A DNA stretch of 64,000 bases, taken from NCBI GenBank assembly GCA_963718285.1, contig CAVQYU010000001.1, positions 75,799 through 139,798 of the forward strand. The letters run 5' to 3'. Every line of letters begins with the position of its first letter. The stretch's first letter is position 1. The DNA is from an uncultured Chloroflexia bacterium (lineage in GTDB: Bacteria > Chloroflexota > Limnocylindria > Limnocylindrales > CSP1-4). The notes under the pieces were generated by a model, which was not told where the DNA came from, made no database searches, and worked only from the letters and a program-made list of their open reading frames with translations. This document shows positions 17,594 through 26,300 of the stretch, piece by piece. A program made the translations under genes and the position numbers.

Positions 17594-18304
17594 ATGAGCA
17601 TTCTCGGCCTGAACCTGGAGAAGGCCTCCCTGCGGGCGGTCAGCGGCGATCCCAAGACGCGCCAGCTCAAGTTCAGCTACAACCCGAGCGAGCTGTCGAC
17701 CTCGAAGTCGGCCAACTGGCATCGGCCCACGACCAACTCGGCCAAGACCGCGACCCAGCCCCAGTTCGCCGGAGTCCAGGCCCAGTCGGTCCAGATGGAG
17801 ATCTTCTTCGACGAGTACGAGGATCTCCTGGGCGATGTCTCGGACGACGTGAAGACGCTGTTCGAGTGGACCAAGCCGACCCCGTCGTCGCTCCGCAAGA
17901 ACCTGCCCAACCCGCCGATCCTGGCCTTCGAGTGGGGCAGCAACAAGGTCCTCGCCGGGTTCCAGGGCTACCTCAGCAAGGTCTCGGCCAAATACACCAT
18001 GTTCCGGGCCGACGGCACGCCGATCCGGGCGACCGCCTCGATCAGCCTCGAGGAGGTCCCCAACGACCCGTCCGGCCAGAACCCCACCTCGGGCAGCCTG
18101 AACAGTCGCCGCAGCCATGTCCTGGGCGATGGGGACAGCCTCCAGTCCGTCGCCTGGCACGAGTACGGCAACGCGGCCCTCTGGCGCAGCCTGGCCCTGT
18201 TCAACGGCATCGACGATCCGATGCGCCTGACCACGGGCAGCTCGATCCTCATCCCCAGCTCGAGCGAGGCCCTCCGCCTGGCCGAGGGCGGCGGCGATGG
18301 CTGA
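17594..18304 (+). CDS. CIS tube-fold + LysM protein (Afp7-like tube initiator / baseplate hub component)
   Basis: N-terminal LKFSYNPSELSTSKSANW...MEIFFDE tube-like block. C-terminal LysM LQSVAWHEYGNAALWRSLALFNGIDDPMRLTTGSSILIP. Confidence 0.8.
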   Translation: MSILGLNLEKASLRAVSGDPKTRQLKFSYNPSELSTSKSANWHRPTTNSAKTATQPQFAGVQAQSVQMEIFFDEYEDLLGDVSDDVKTLFEWTKPTPSSLRKNLPNPPILAFEWGSNKVLAGFQGYLSKVSAKYTMFRADGTPIRATASISLEEVPNDPSGQNPTSGSLNSRRSHVLGDGDSLQSVAWHEYGNAALWRSLALFNGIDDPMRLTTGSSILIPSSSEALRLAEGGGDG

Positions 18305-20016
18305 CGGCGGCCAGGCCCTGCGGGCGGAGATCGAGGTCGAGGGCAGCCCGCTCGATCCCGAGATCGAGCCGCTCGTCGAGCAGGTCATCGTCGACAACGA
18401 TGTGCACCTGCCCGGCACGTTCCTGATCGTGTTCAACGACCACGATCGGGACGTCCTCAATCGAGTCGGGCATCAACGTCGGCTCGGCCATCCGGATCAG
18501 GGGCAGCGCCCTGGGCAGCCAGCAAAGCGGCCTGCTCATTGCGGGCGAGGTCACCTCGCTCGGCGCCGAGTACCGCTCGGGCGAGAGCCGGGTGCTGGTC
18601 CGGGGCTACGACGCCCTCCACCGGCTCCAGCACGGCCGCCAGACCCAGACCTACCTCAACGCCAAGGACTCGGACATCGCCCAGGCCGTCGCGGGCCGGG
18701 CCGGGCTGGAGGTGGGTCCGATCACGGAGACGACCGAGGTCCACCCGTGGGTCCCCCAGGCCAACCAATCGGACTGGGAGTTCCTGACCGACCGCGCCCG
18801 CCAGATCGGCTTCGAGCTGTCGGTCGACGACGGTGCCCTCCAGTTCCGCAAGCCGACTCCCGCCTCGGACGCACCGGAGGACGGCGACTACGACTCGAGC
18901 AACCCGCTCCAGCTTGTCTTCGGCCAGAATCTGCTCCAGTTCCGGCCTCGGATCACGGCGGCCGAGCAGGTCGGCAGCGTGGAGGTCCACGGCTGGGATC
19001 CAGTCCAGGCGGCCGCCCTGAACAAGCCCGCCGATCCGGCCACGACCAGCGTGACCCTGGGCTCGCTCAAGCCGGACGAGATCGCCGCCGGCTTCAACCC
19101 GCCGGCCTACGTCCTGATCGGTGGCCAGGTCGCGACCGAAGCGGGCCTGGATGCCGCCTCGGCGGCCGTCAGCGAGCAGCTCGCCAGTGCCTTCGTCGAG
19201 GCCGAGGGCACCGCCCGGGGCCACCCCGGGCTGAAGGCCGGCGTCGCCGTCAGCGTCTCGGCCGTGGCCGACCAGTTCGCCGGCAAGTACAGCCTGAGCC
19301 AGACCCGCCATGTCTTCGATGAAGACGGCTATCGGACCGAGTTCCGGATCAGCGGTGGCGCCGATCGTAGCCTGCTCGGGCTGGCCCTGGCCGGCCCGTC
19401 CGCGTCGGGCGCGATCGGCGGGTCGGCCCGCTCGAGCTCGGTCGGCGGGCTGGTCATCGCCCTCGTCACCGAGAACGACGATCCCGAAGGGCTTGGCCGG
19501 GTCAAGCTCAAGTTTCCCTGGCTGGCCGACACATTCGAATCGGATTGGGCGCCGGTGACCCAGTTCGGGGCCGGGCCGGACAGCGGCAGCTTCTTCGTGC
19601 CCAACGTCGGCGATGAGGTCCTGGTCGGCTTCGGCTTCGGGGACATTCGCCAGCCGTTCGTGATCGGCGGCCTCCACAACGGCCAGACCAAGCACATGGC
19701 CGGCGAGATCGAGTCGGTGAACGGAGCGCAGAAGCGGCGCGGGATCGTCTCGCGCAACAAGCATCACCTGACCTTCTTCGACGGGGCTGACGAGTCCGGC
19801 ATCTCCCTGATCACCGGCCAGAACCACCTCCGAATCTCGCTCGACGACACCCAGTCCTGGATTGAGCTCAACTCGCCGGGCAAGGTCACGATCTCGGCCG
19901 ACGGCGACATGCAGCTGACCGCCAAGGGCTCGCTCGAGCTGAGCGGCTCGGCCGGGCTGAAGCTCAAGAGCGACGCCGTGGTCGAAGTCTCCGGCCAGAC
20001 GATCAAGCTGAACTAG
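18297..20016 (+). pseudogene. gpD/VgrG-like spike-hub protein (Afp8-like), split by a single 1-nt frame change at the GGG run 18468-18470
   Basis: Frame 0 reads MADGGQALRAEIEVEGSPLDPE...DRDVLNRVG. Frame +1 continues seamlessly INVGSAIRIRGSALGSQQSGLLIAGEVTSLGAEYRSGESRVLVRGYDALHRL into ORF 18592..20016 (gpD-like, later VGDEVLVGFGFGDIRQPFVIGGLHNG). Confidence 0.8.
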
Positions 20017-20024
20017 GAGAGGCG

Positions 20025-20411
20025 ATGGGCACCCCTGCGATCGTGGCCGGCGACAAGATCACCGGAGCCTGTCCCAACCACCTGATCCCTGGCCCGCTCG
20101 GGGCGCCGATCCCGTCGCCGGTCCCCCTGCCCTTCTCCGCCCCGCTTTCGCAAGGGCTCTCGACCAACGTCCTGATCGGAGGCAAGGCGGCCGCGGTCGT
20201 GGGCTCGTCCGGCCTCAACTCGCCGGCCCATGCCGGCCTTCACGCCAGCGATCCGTTCCTCCTGCCGGCGACCGAGATCGGCCAGGTCACGAGTGGCAGT
20301 GCCACCGTCCTGATCGGTGGCCAGCCGGCCGCGACGGCGGCCTCGCAGGCCACCTGCTGCACGGTCCCGGGCAAGCTCCCGCCGTCCGTGTCCAATGTGT
20401 TGATCGGCTAG
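20025..20411 (+). CDS. PAAR-like spike tip protein (Afp10-like)
   Basis: 128 aa and Gly/Pro-rich, with VLIGGKAAAVVGS and VLIGGQPAATAAS repeats characteristic of PAAR folds. Immediately follows the spike gene. Confidence 0.75.
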   Translation: MGTPAIVAGDKITGACPNHLIPGPLGAPIPSPVPLPFSAPLSQGLSTNVLIGGKAAAVVGSSGLNSPAHAGLHASDPFLLPATEIGQVTSGSATVLIGGQPAATAASQATCCTVPGKLPPSVSNVLIG

Positions 20412-20419
20412 GTGGGGCA

Positions 20420-20818
20420 GTGAGCACGGAATTCATCGGCGCCGGCTGGGCCTTTCCCCTGCGGACCGACGCGACCGGCGGAATCGCCCTGGTCAGCCAC
20501 GATCGCGAGATCGAGGAGAGCATCCGGTTGATCCTGGGCACGGCCTTCGGCGAACGGCCGATGCGGCCCGACTTCGGCTGTGCCATCCACGACTACATCT
20601 TCGCCCCGACCGATGCGACAACGGCCGGCCGGATCTCCTACGAGGTCCGCGCATCGCTCCAGCGCTGGGAGCCCCGGATCGAGGTGGCCGAGGTCGTGGT
20701 CGAGATCTCGGCCGACGACCCGGCCCTGCTCTACATCGACGTGCGCTACACGATCACCAGCTCGAATGACCCACGCAACCTGGTCTTCCCCTTCTACGTC
20801 ATCCCGCCGGAGAGCTGA
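20420..20818 (+). CDS. GPW/gp25 baseplate wedge protein (Afp9-like)
   Basis: IEESIRLILGTAFGERPMRPDFGCAIHDYIFAP is the classic gp25 motif. Confidence 0.9.
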   Translation: MSTEFIGAGWAFPLRTDATGGIALVSHDREIEESIRLILGTAFGERPMRPDFGCAIHDYIFAPTDATTAGRISYEVRASLQRWEPRIEVAEVVVEISADDPALLYIDVRYTITSSNDPRNLVFPFYVIPPES

Positions 20819-20819
20819 C

Positions 20820-22766
20820 ATGGCCCTGCCCGTCCCCAACCTCGACGATCGGCGCTTCCAGGACCTCGTCGACGACGCCAAGCGCCTGGTCCAGCAGCGC
20901 TGCCCCGAATGGACCGACCACAACGTGTCCGATCCGGGGGTCACCCTGATCGAGCTGTTCGCCTGGATGTCGGACCAGCTGCTGTACCGGATGAATCGGG
21001 TCCCCGAGCGCCACTACGTCAAGTTCCTGGAGCTCCTCGGGGTCCGCCTGTTCCCGCCGATCGCGGCCCGGGCAGCCGTCACGTTCTGGCTGACTGCCCC
21101 CCAGCCGGACGCCGTCAGGATCGCCGCCGCCACCCGGGTCGCGACGGTCCGGACCGAGGCCGATGAGGCGATCGTGTTCGCCACCGTGGCCGACCTGGCG
21201 ATCGTACCCTGTGCCCTGGCCCGGCCCGGCTCGATCGTCGACGGCAAGCAGTTCCGGGACAGCTCCGCCGCCCTGGACAAGGGCACCGGCTTCCTGTGCT
21301 TCGACACGCCACCCAAGCCAGGCGACGCGCTCATGGTCGGGCTGACCGACGCCGTGCCATCCTGCGCGGTCACCCTCAGGATCAAGGCCACGATCGAGGG
21401 CGTGGGCGTCGACCCGGACCGGCCACCGCTCGTCTGGGAGGCCTGGGACGGCGCCGACTGGGCCGCCTGCGAGGTCGATCGGGACGGCACCGGCGGGCTC
21501 AACCGCGACGGCGACATCGTGCTGCATGTGCCGGCCGGCCATGTCGCCTCGGTCATCGACAAGCAGCGCGCGGGCTGGCTGCGCGCCCGGATCGTGGAGC
21601 CGGAGCCGGACCAGCCGGCCTACAGCGCTTCGCCCAGCATCCGGGCCCTGAGCGCATTCACGATCGGGGGCACGACCAGCGCGATCAACGCCGAGGTCGT
21701 CCACGACGAGCTGCTGGGCATCTCCGGTGGGGTGCCCGGCCAGCGCTTCACGGTCAAGCGCCGGCCGGTCGTGCCGGGGGGCGGACCGGCCGTCCTCCAG
21801 GTCAGCGCTGAAGATGGCTGGGTCGACTGGCAGCAGGTCACGACCTTTGCGGACAGCGGCCCGGCCGATCACCACTTCGTGCTCGACGCGGCGGCTGGCG
21901 AAGTCCTGCTCGGCCCGGGCGTCCGGCTCGAGGACGGTTCCTTCCGGCAGTACGGGTCGGTTCCGGCCAAGGGTGCCAGGCTGGCCCTCCAGACCTACTA
22001 CACGGGCGGCGGCCGGCGGGGCAACGTGGCGGCCCACGCCCTGAGCACGCTCAAATCCTCGATCCCGTTCGTCGGGCGGGTCGAGAACCGGCGACCGGCG
22101 GCCGAGGGCGTGGACGGCGAGGACATCGAGAACGCCAAGGTGCGCGGCCCGATCGTCCTGCGCACCCGGGGCCGGGCCGTGACCACCGAGGACTACGAGC
22201 AGCTCGCCCTGGAAGCCGCCCCCGAGGTGGCCCGGGTGCGGGCCGTGCCGGCCGGCGACGGCGTCGATGCCGGTTCGGTCCGGGTCCTGGTCGTGCCGGC
22301 TGCGGCGAGCCGGGCCGGCCGGCTCCAGTTCGAGCAGCTCGTGCCGCCCGATGACACGCTGGAGCGGATCTCGCGTCGCCTCGACGAGTGCCGGGTCATC
22401 GGGGTGCGGGTCCTGACCGAGCCGCCGGCCTATCGCGGGATCACCGTCGTAGCCCGCCTGCGGGCCCGCTCGCGAACGAACCCGGGGCGCCTCCAGGAGG
22501 CGGCCCTGGAGGCCCTCTACGCCTACTTCCATCCGATCAGCGGCGGCCCCGAGGGCAGCGGCTGGCCGTTCGGACGACCGGTCCAGGTCGGCGAGGTGTA
22601 CGCCGTGCTGCAGGGCGTCGGCGGCCTGGAGCTCGTCGAGGACGTCCGCCTCTTCGGGGCCGATCCGATCACCGGCCAGCGTGGCCAGTCGGTGCCTCGG
22701 CTCGACCTCGACCCCAACGCCCTCGTGTTCTCCTACGAGCACCAGGTCCTGGTCGAGGGCATCTGA
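20820..22766 (+). CDS. baseplate J / gp6-like protein (Afp11-like)
   Basis: MALPVPNLDDRRFQDLVDDAKRLVQQRCPEWTDHNVSDPGVTLIELFAWMSDQLLYRMNRVPE is typical of putative baseplate assembly proteins. The ATG is adjacent to the gp25 stop. Confidence 0.85.
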   Translation: MALPVPNLDDRRFQDLVDDAKRLVQQRCPEWTDHNVSDPGVTLIELFAWMSDQLLYRMNRVPERHYVKFLELLGVRLFPPIAARAAVTFWLTAPQPDAVRIAAATRVATVRTEADEAIVFATVADLAIVPCALARPGSIVDGKQFRDSSAALDKGTGFLCFDTPPKPGDALMVGLTDAVPSCAVTLRIKATIEGVGVDPDRPPLVWEAWDGADWAACEVDRDGTGGLNRDGDIVLHVPAGHVASVIDKQRAGWLRARIVEPEPDQPAYSASPSIRALSAFTIGGTTSAINAEVVHDELLGISGGVPGQRFTVKRRPVVPGGGPAVLQVSAEDGWVDWQQVTTFADSGPADHHFVLDAAAGEVLLGPGVRLEDGSFRQYGSVPAKGARLALQTYYTGGGRRGNVAAHALSTLKSSIPFVGRVENRRPAAEGVDGEDIENAKVRGPIVLRTRGRAVTTEDYEQLALEAAPEVARVRAVPAGDGVDAGSVRVLVVPAAASRAGRLQFEQLVPPDDTLERISRRLDECRVIGVRVLTEPPAYRGITVVARLRARSRTNPGRLQEAALEALYAYFHPISGGPEGSGWPFGRPVQVGEVYAVLQGVGGLELVEDVRLFGADPITGQRGQSVPRLDLDPNALVFSYEHQVLVEGI

Positions 22767-22768
22767 CG

Positions 22769-23380
22769 ATGCGCGGGCTGGTGGCCGGGCTGCTCAACCC
22801 GCACCCGCTGGGCGAGAGCCTGCCCGCCCTCTACCACGAGGATTCGTTCACCCAGCGCCTGACCGGGGCGCTGGACGAGGTGATGGCCCCGGTCTACGCC
22901 AGCCTCGATGGATTGGGCGCCTACCTCGACCCGGCCCTGGCCCCGGACGACTTCCTCGACTGGCTGGCGAGCTGGGTCGGCGTGGCCCTCGACGAAACCT
23001 GGCCGATCGAGCGGCGGCGCCAGCTGGTGGCCGACGCGGCCGGGCTGTACCGGTCGCGCGGGACGGTCGCCGGCCTGGCCGCCCAGGTAACCGTGTATAC
23101 CGGTGGCGAGGTGACCGTCGAGGACAACGGCGGGGCGGCCTGGAGCAAGCAGGCCGGCGGCGCGATTCCGGGCAAGGCCGCGCCCCTTCTGCGGGTTCGG
23201 GTCAGCGTGGACCAGCCCGACTCAATCAGCCTGGCCCGGCTCGAGGCGGTCGTGGCCACGGCCAAGCCCGCTCACGTCCCCCACACGATCGAGGTCGTGG
23301 GCCGATCGGGCCGGGCCGGCCGCGCGGCCCGGAACGCCGAGCCGGCCGCGTCGGATGCCGACGAGGCGCCCGGGGGCTGA
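22769..23380 (+). CDS. phage tail protein I / gp7-like baseplate protein (Afp12-like)
   Basis: LPALYHEDSFTQRLTGALDEVMAPV...FLDWLASWVGVALDETWPIERRRQLVADAAGLYRSRGT is a P2 gpI-type tail protein domain. Confidence 0.8.
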   Translation: MRGLVAGLLNPHPLGESLPALYHEDSFTQRLTGALDEVMAPVYASLDGLGAYLDPALAPDDFLDWLASWVGVALDETWPIERRRQLVADAAGLYRSRGTVAGLAAQVTVYTGGEVTVEDNGGAAWSKQAGGAIPGKAAPLLRVRVSVDQPDSISLARLEAVVATAKPAHVPHTIEVVGRSGRAGRAARNAEPAASDADEAPGG

Positions 23381-23384
23381 TCGC

Positions 23385-26300
23385 TCAGGCTCGGGCCACC
23401 AGGGCAGCTGCTGTGGCGCCGTCAGCCGGCACCGGCCTGGCCGGCGCCTCGAGGGGCGGCCCAACGCCCAGCTCGGCCAGCATCTGGGCGTAGCCGCGCC
23501 GAGCGCGGTGCGCCGCGCCCCGATCGCCGGCCCGATCATGGGCGTCGATCAACAGCCGCCACAGCCCGTCATCGAACCGGTCGAGGGTCAGGCCGCGGGC
23601 GCAGGCCTGGGCGGCTCCGCCATCGTCGCCGGCCGCCAGGCGCAGCTCGGCCAGGCTGCGGGCCGCCCCGACGGCGGCCAGGCGGGCCCGGTCCCGGGCA
23701 TCGACCACCCAGTCGGCGGGACCCTCTTCGGGCAGGAGGTCGCCGCGGTAGCGCTCGATGGCCCGCCTCAGGGCGTCCATGGCCGCGCCGGGATTGGCCT
23801 GGGCCAGGGCGGTGGCGGCTTCATCCAGGGCCTCCTGGAAGTCAATGAGGTCGAACTCGGCCGCGCCCGGGAGACCCAGCCGGTAGGCATCGCCGTCCCG
23901 CCGGATCAAGCCGGCCCCGCCCCTCGGGCTGCCCGGCTCGAGGGCCGTGCGCAGGCTCGACACGGCGACATGCAGGAGCCGGCCGGCGGTCTCCGGGTCG
24001 GTGTCCGGCCACAGTGCGGTCAGGATCACCTCGCGGTGGACCGGGCCGCCGCAGGCCAGGCTGAGCAGGTGAAGAACCTGCCTGGCCCGGGGCTTGACCA
24101 GGGCCAGGTCGACCTCGAGTCCGCCGACCAGCAGGCGGAAGCCGCCAAACAGGTCGATCGAAACCGCCGCTGGCTGGGTCGCCTCGGCCGGTCGCTGGGC
24201 GGGCGTCCCGAGGGCCATGGCCGGGCTCGAACGGCGCCGGGCCTCGGCCGGAGTCGGCTCGGCCGGTCGATCGGGGGCAACCTGGCGGGGCTCGACGAGG
24301 CCGGTCCGGCCCGCGACCTCGGCGGCCCGCTCGAGGTGCAGGTCGGCCCGCTCGGCATCGAGCCGGGCCAGAGCGAGCTCGACCAGGAAATACGCGTCCG
24401 GCACGGACCCGCGTCGGATGGCTGCCACAGCCCGGCTCACCTGGGCGCCGGCGTCGGGCCGAGCCTGGCGTGCGGAGGCATAGGCGCCCAGGGCCAGGGC
24501 CCACGCCTCGAGCGACGCCGCGCCGAGCGCCGCGAAGCGATCGACGGCCCCGTCAAGGAAGCTGAGCGTCGCCGGCGCACCCGGCCGGAGCCAGCCCATG
24601 AGCAGGCCGGTGAGAGCGGTTGACCAGGGATGACGATCTGCGCCGGCCTCGGGTGGCGAGCCCGGCGGCAGGTCGGCGCTCGCCACGACGAGGAGCGCCC
24701 GGCCCAGCCGAGCCAGCCAGCCTGCGCCAGCGCCGTCGGCCAGGGCGATCCCGGCTTCGACGTCGCGGCTTCCAGCAGGATCCCCGGCAACCAGGCGGGC
24801 CGCGCCTCGAGCCAGGGCGAGCGCAGCGGCCATGGCGGGATCTGCCTCATCGGAGCCCGCAGCCTGGGCCACTGGACCGCCGAGCGGGCCAGTCATTGGG
24901 GCGGCCACCTGATCGGCCGTCTGATCGGAAAGAGCACCGACCGCGGCGGCGACCCGGCCGCCGGCCAGCAGGGCCAGGCCGCGGCCCAGCCGCGATCCGG
25001 GCGAGCCGAGGGCCGAGCCCGCCGGGTCCGCGTCCGAGCTGGTCGCCGGCCAGGTCCCTCGGGCGGCCGTCAGCGGATCGCGCAGGACGGCCGCGCGCAG
25101 CCGCCCGGACCAGTCGGTCGGTGGCCCGGGATTGACCTCGAGCCAGGGGGCGATCGCGAGACGCTCGCGGCGGGGGGTCTGGGCCACGGTCGACGCACCG
25201 AAGCCCGCCTCGGCCAGCTGGTACGCCTCGATCGCCTCCACCCAGCGCCCTTCGGCCCGATGGCGCCGGGCCGTGGCCAGGATGAGCCAGGGATCATGGC
25301 GGACGGTACCCGCGGGCAGCACCTCCAGCCAGGCGGCCGGGCCCGCCGCCAGCTGCCGGCCTTCGCGCGCGACCAGGCGCTCGGCGGCATCCCAGGCCTC
25401 GGCCCGGCAGTAGGCCACGAGCGCCTCGGCCGGGGCGTCGGCCGCCTCGAGCAGCTCGCCTGCCCGGCGGTGGGTGCTCCGAAGAGCAACTTCGCCTCGC
25501 TCCTCGAGCAGGACACCCTCCAGGTGGCTGCGCAGGACCTCGTGATAGCGGTACGTGCCGTCATCCAGGGCGAACGTGAACAGGCGGCGGCGCTCGAGCT
25601 CCTCGAGGACGCGGGCACCGTCCGTGCGGCCGAGCAGGCCATCGGCCAGGGGCCCGCTGAGGATGCCCAGGACCGACGTCTGGACCAGGAAGGAGCGCAG
25701 CTCCGGCGGCAGCTCGTCGAGGACATTCCGGGTCAGGTATTCGCGGACCACGCGCGAGCCGCTACCCAGGCTGGCCAGGATCCGCCGGCGCTCCTCGGCC
25801 GATTTGCCGGCCGTGGCCAGGTGGAAGAGCTGCAGGCCGGCGGCCCAGCCATCGGTCCGGCGGGCCAGCCGGGCGATCTCCTCGGGTCCCACGGACTCGG
25901 CGTAGAAGTCGCGGAAGAGGCGCTCCACCTCCCACGAGCGGAAGCGCAGGTCCTCGGGCCCGATCTCGAGCAGGCCGCCCGAGACGCGCCGGCGGGACAG
26001 GTTGAAGGCAGGTTCGGAGCGGGACCCGATGACCACCGCCAGCGATGGCGGGGCGTAGTCGATGAACCGTTCCAGGGCCTGCTCGGCGGATGATCCTTCA
26101 AGCGTGTGGGCGTCGTCGACGACCAGCAGGATCCGGCCGGTCGCCAGCTGCTCGAAGGCCCGGCTCGCTGCTTCGACCGACGTCCAGCCCCGGGCCAGCC
26201 CGGGCAGGATGGCCAGGAGAGCGGCCTCCAGATGCTGCAGCAGGGCCGCCTCGGACTGGTCGCGTCCCTCGGCCCGGTACCAGGCCACAGGATCAGGCGA

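Noticed and set aside
18460-18475. Programmed +1 recoding in the spike gene.
   Set aside because: The same kind of single-base frame change at G/C runs interrupts glyQS, recO, glmU, ispE and other genes. A general sequence-error explanation is therefore far more likely than a dedicated recoding signal.
8988-23380. The tail-like cluster could be a prophage or a type VI secretion system.
   Set aside because: There are no capsid, portal, terminase, integrase, lysis or att-like features nearby. There are no TssJ/L/M, TssA/K or ClpV-type genes. The DUF4255 cap, tape-measure-position gene and Afp15-type ATPase fit eCIS/CIS instead.
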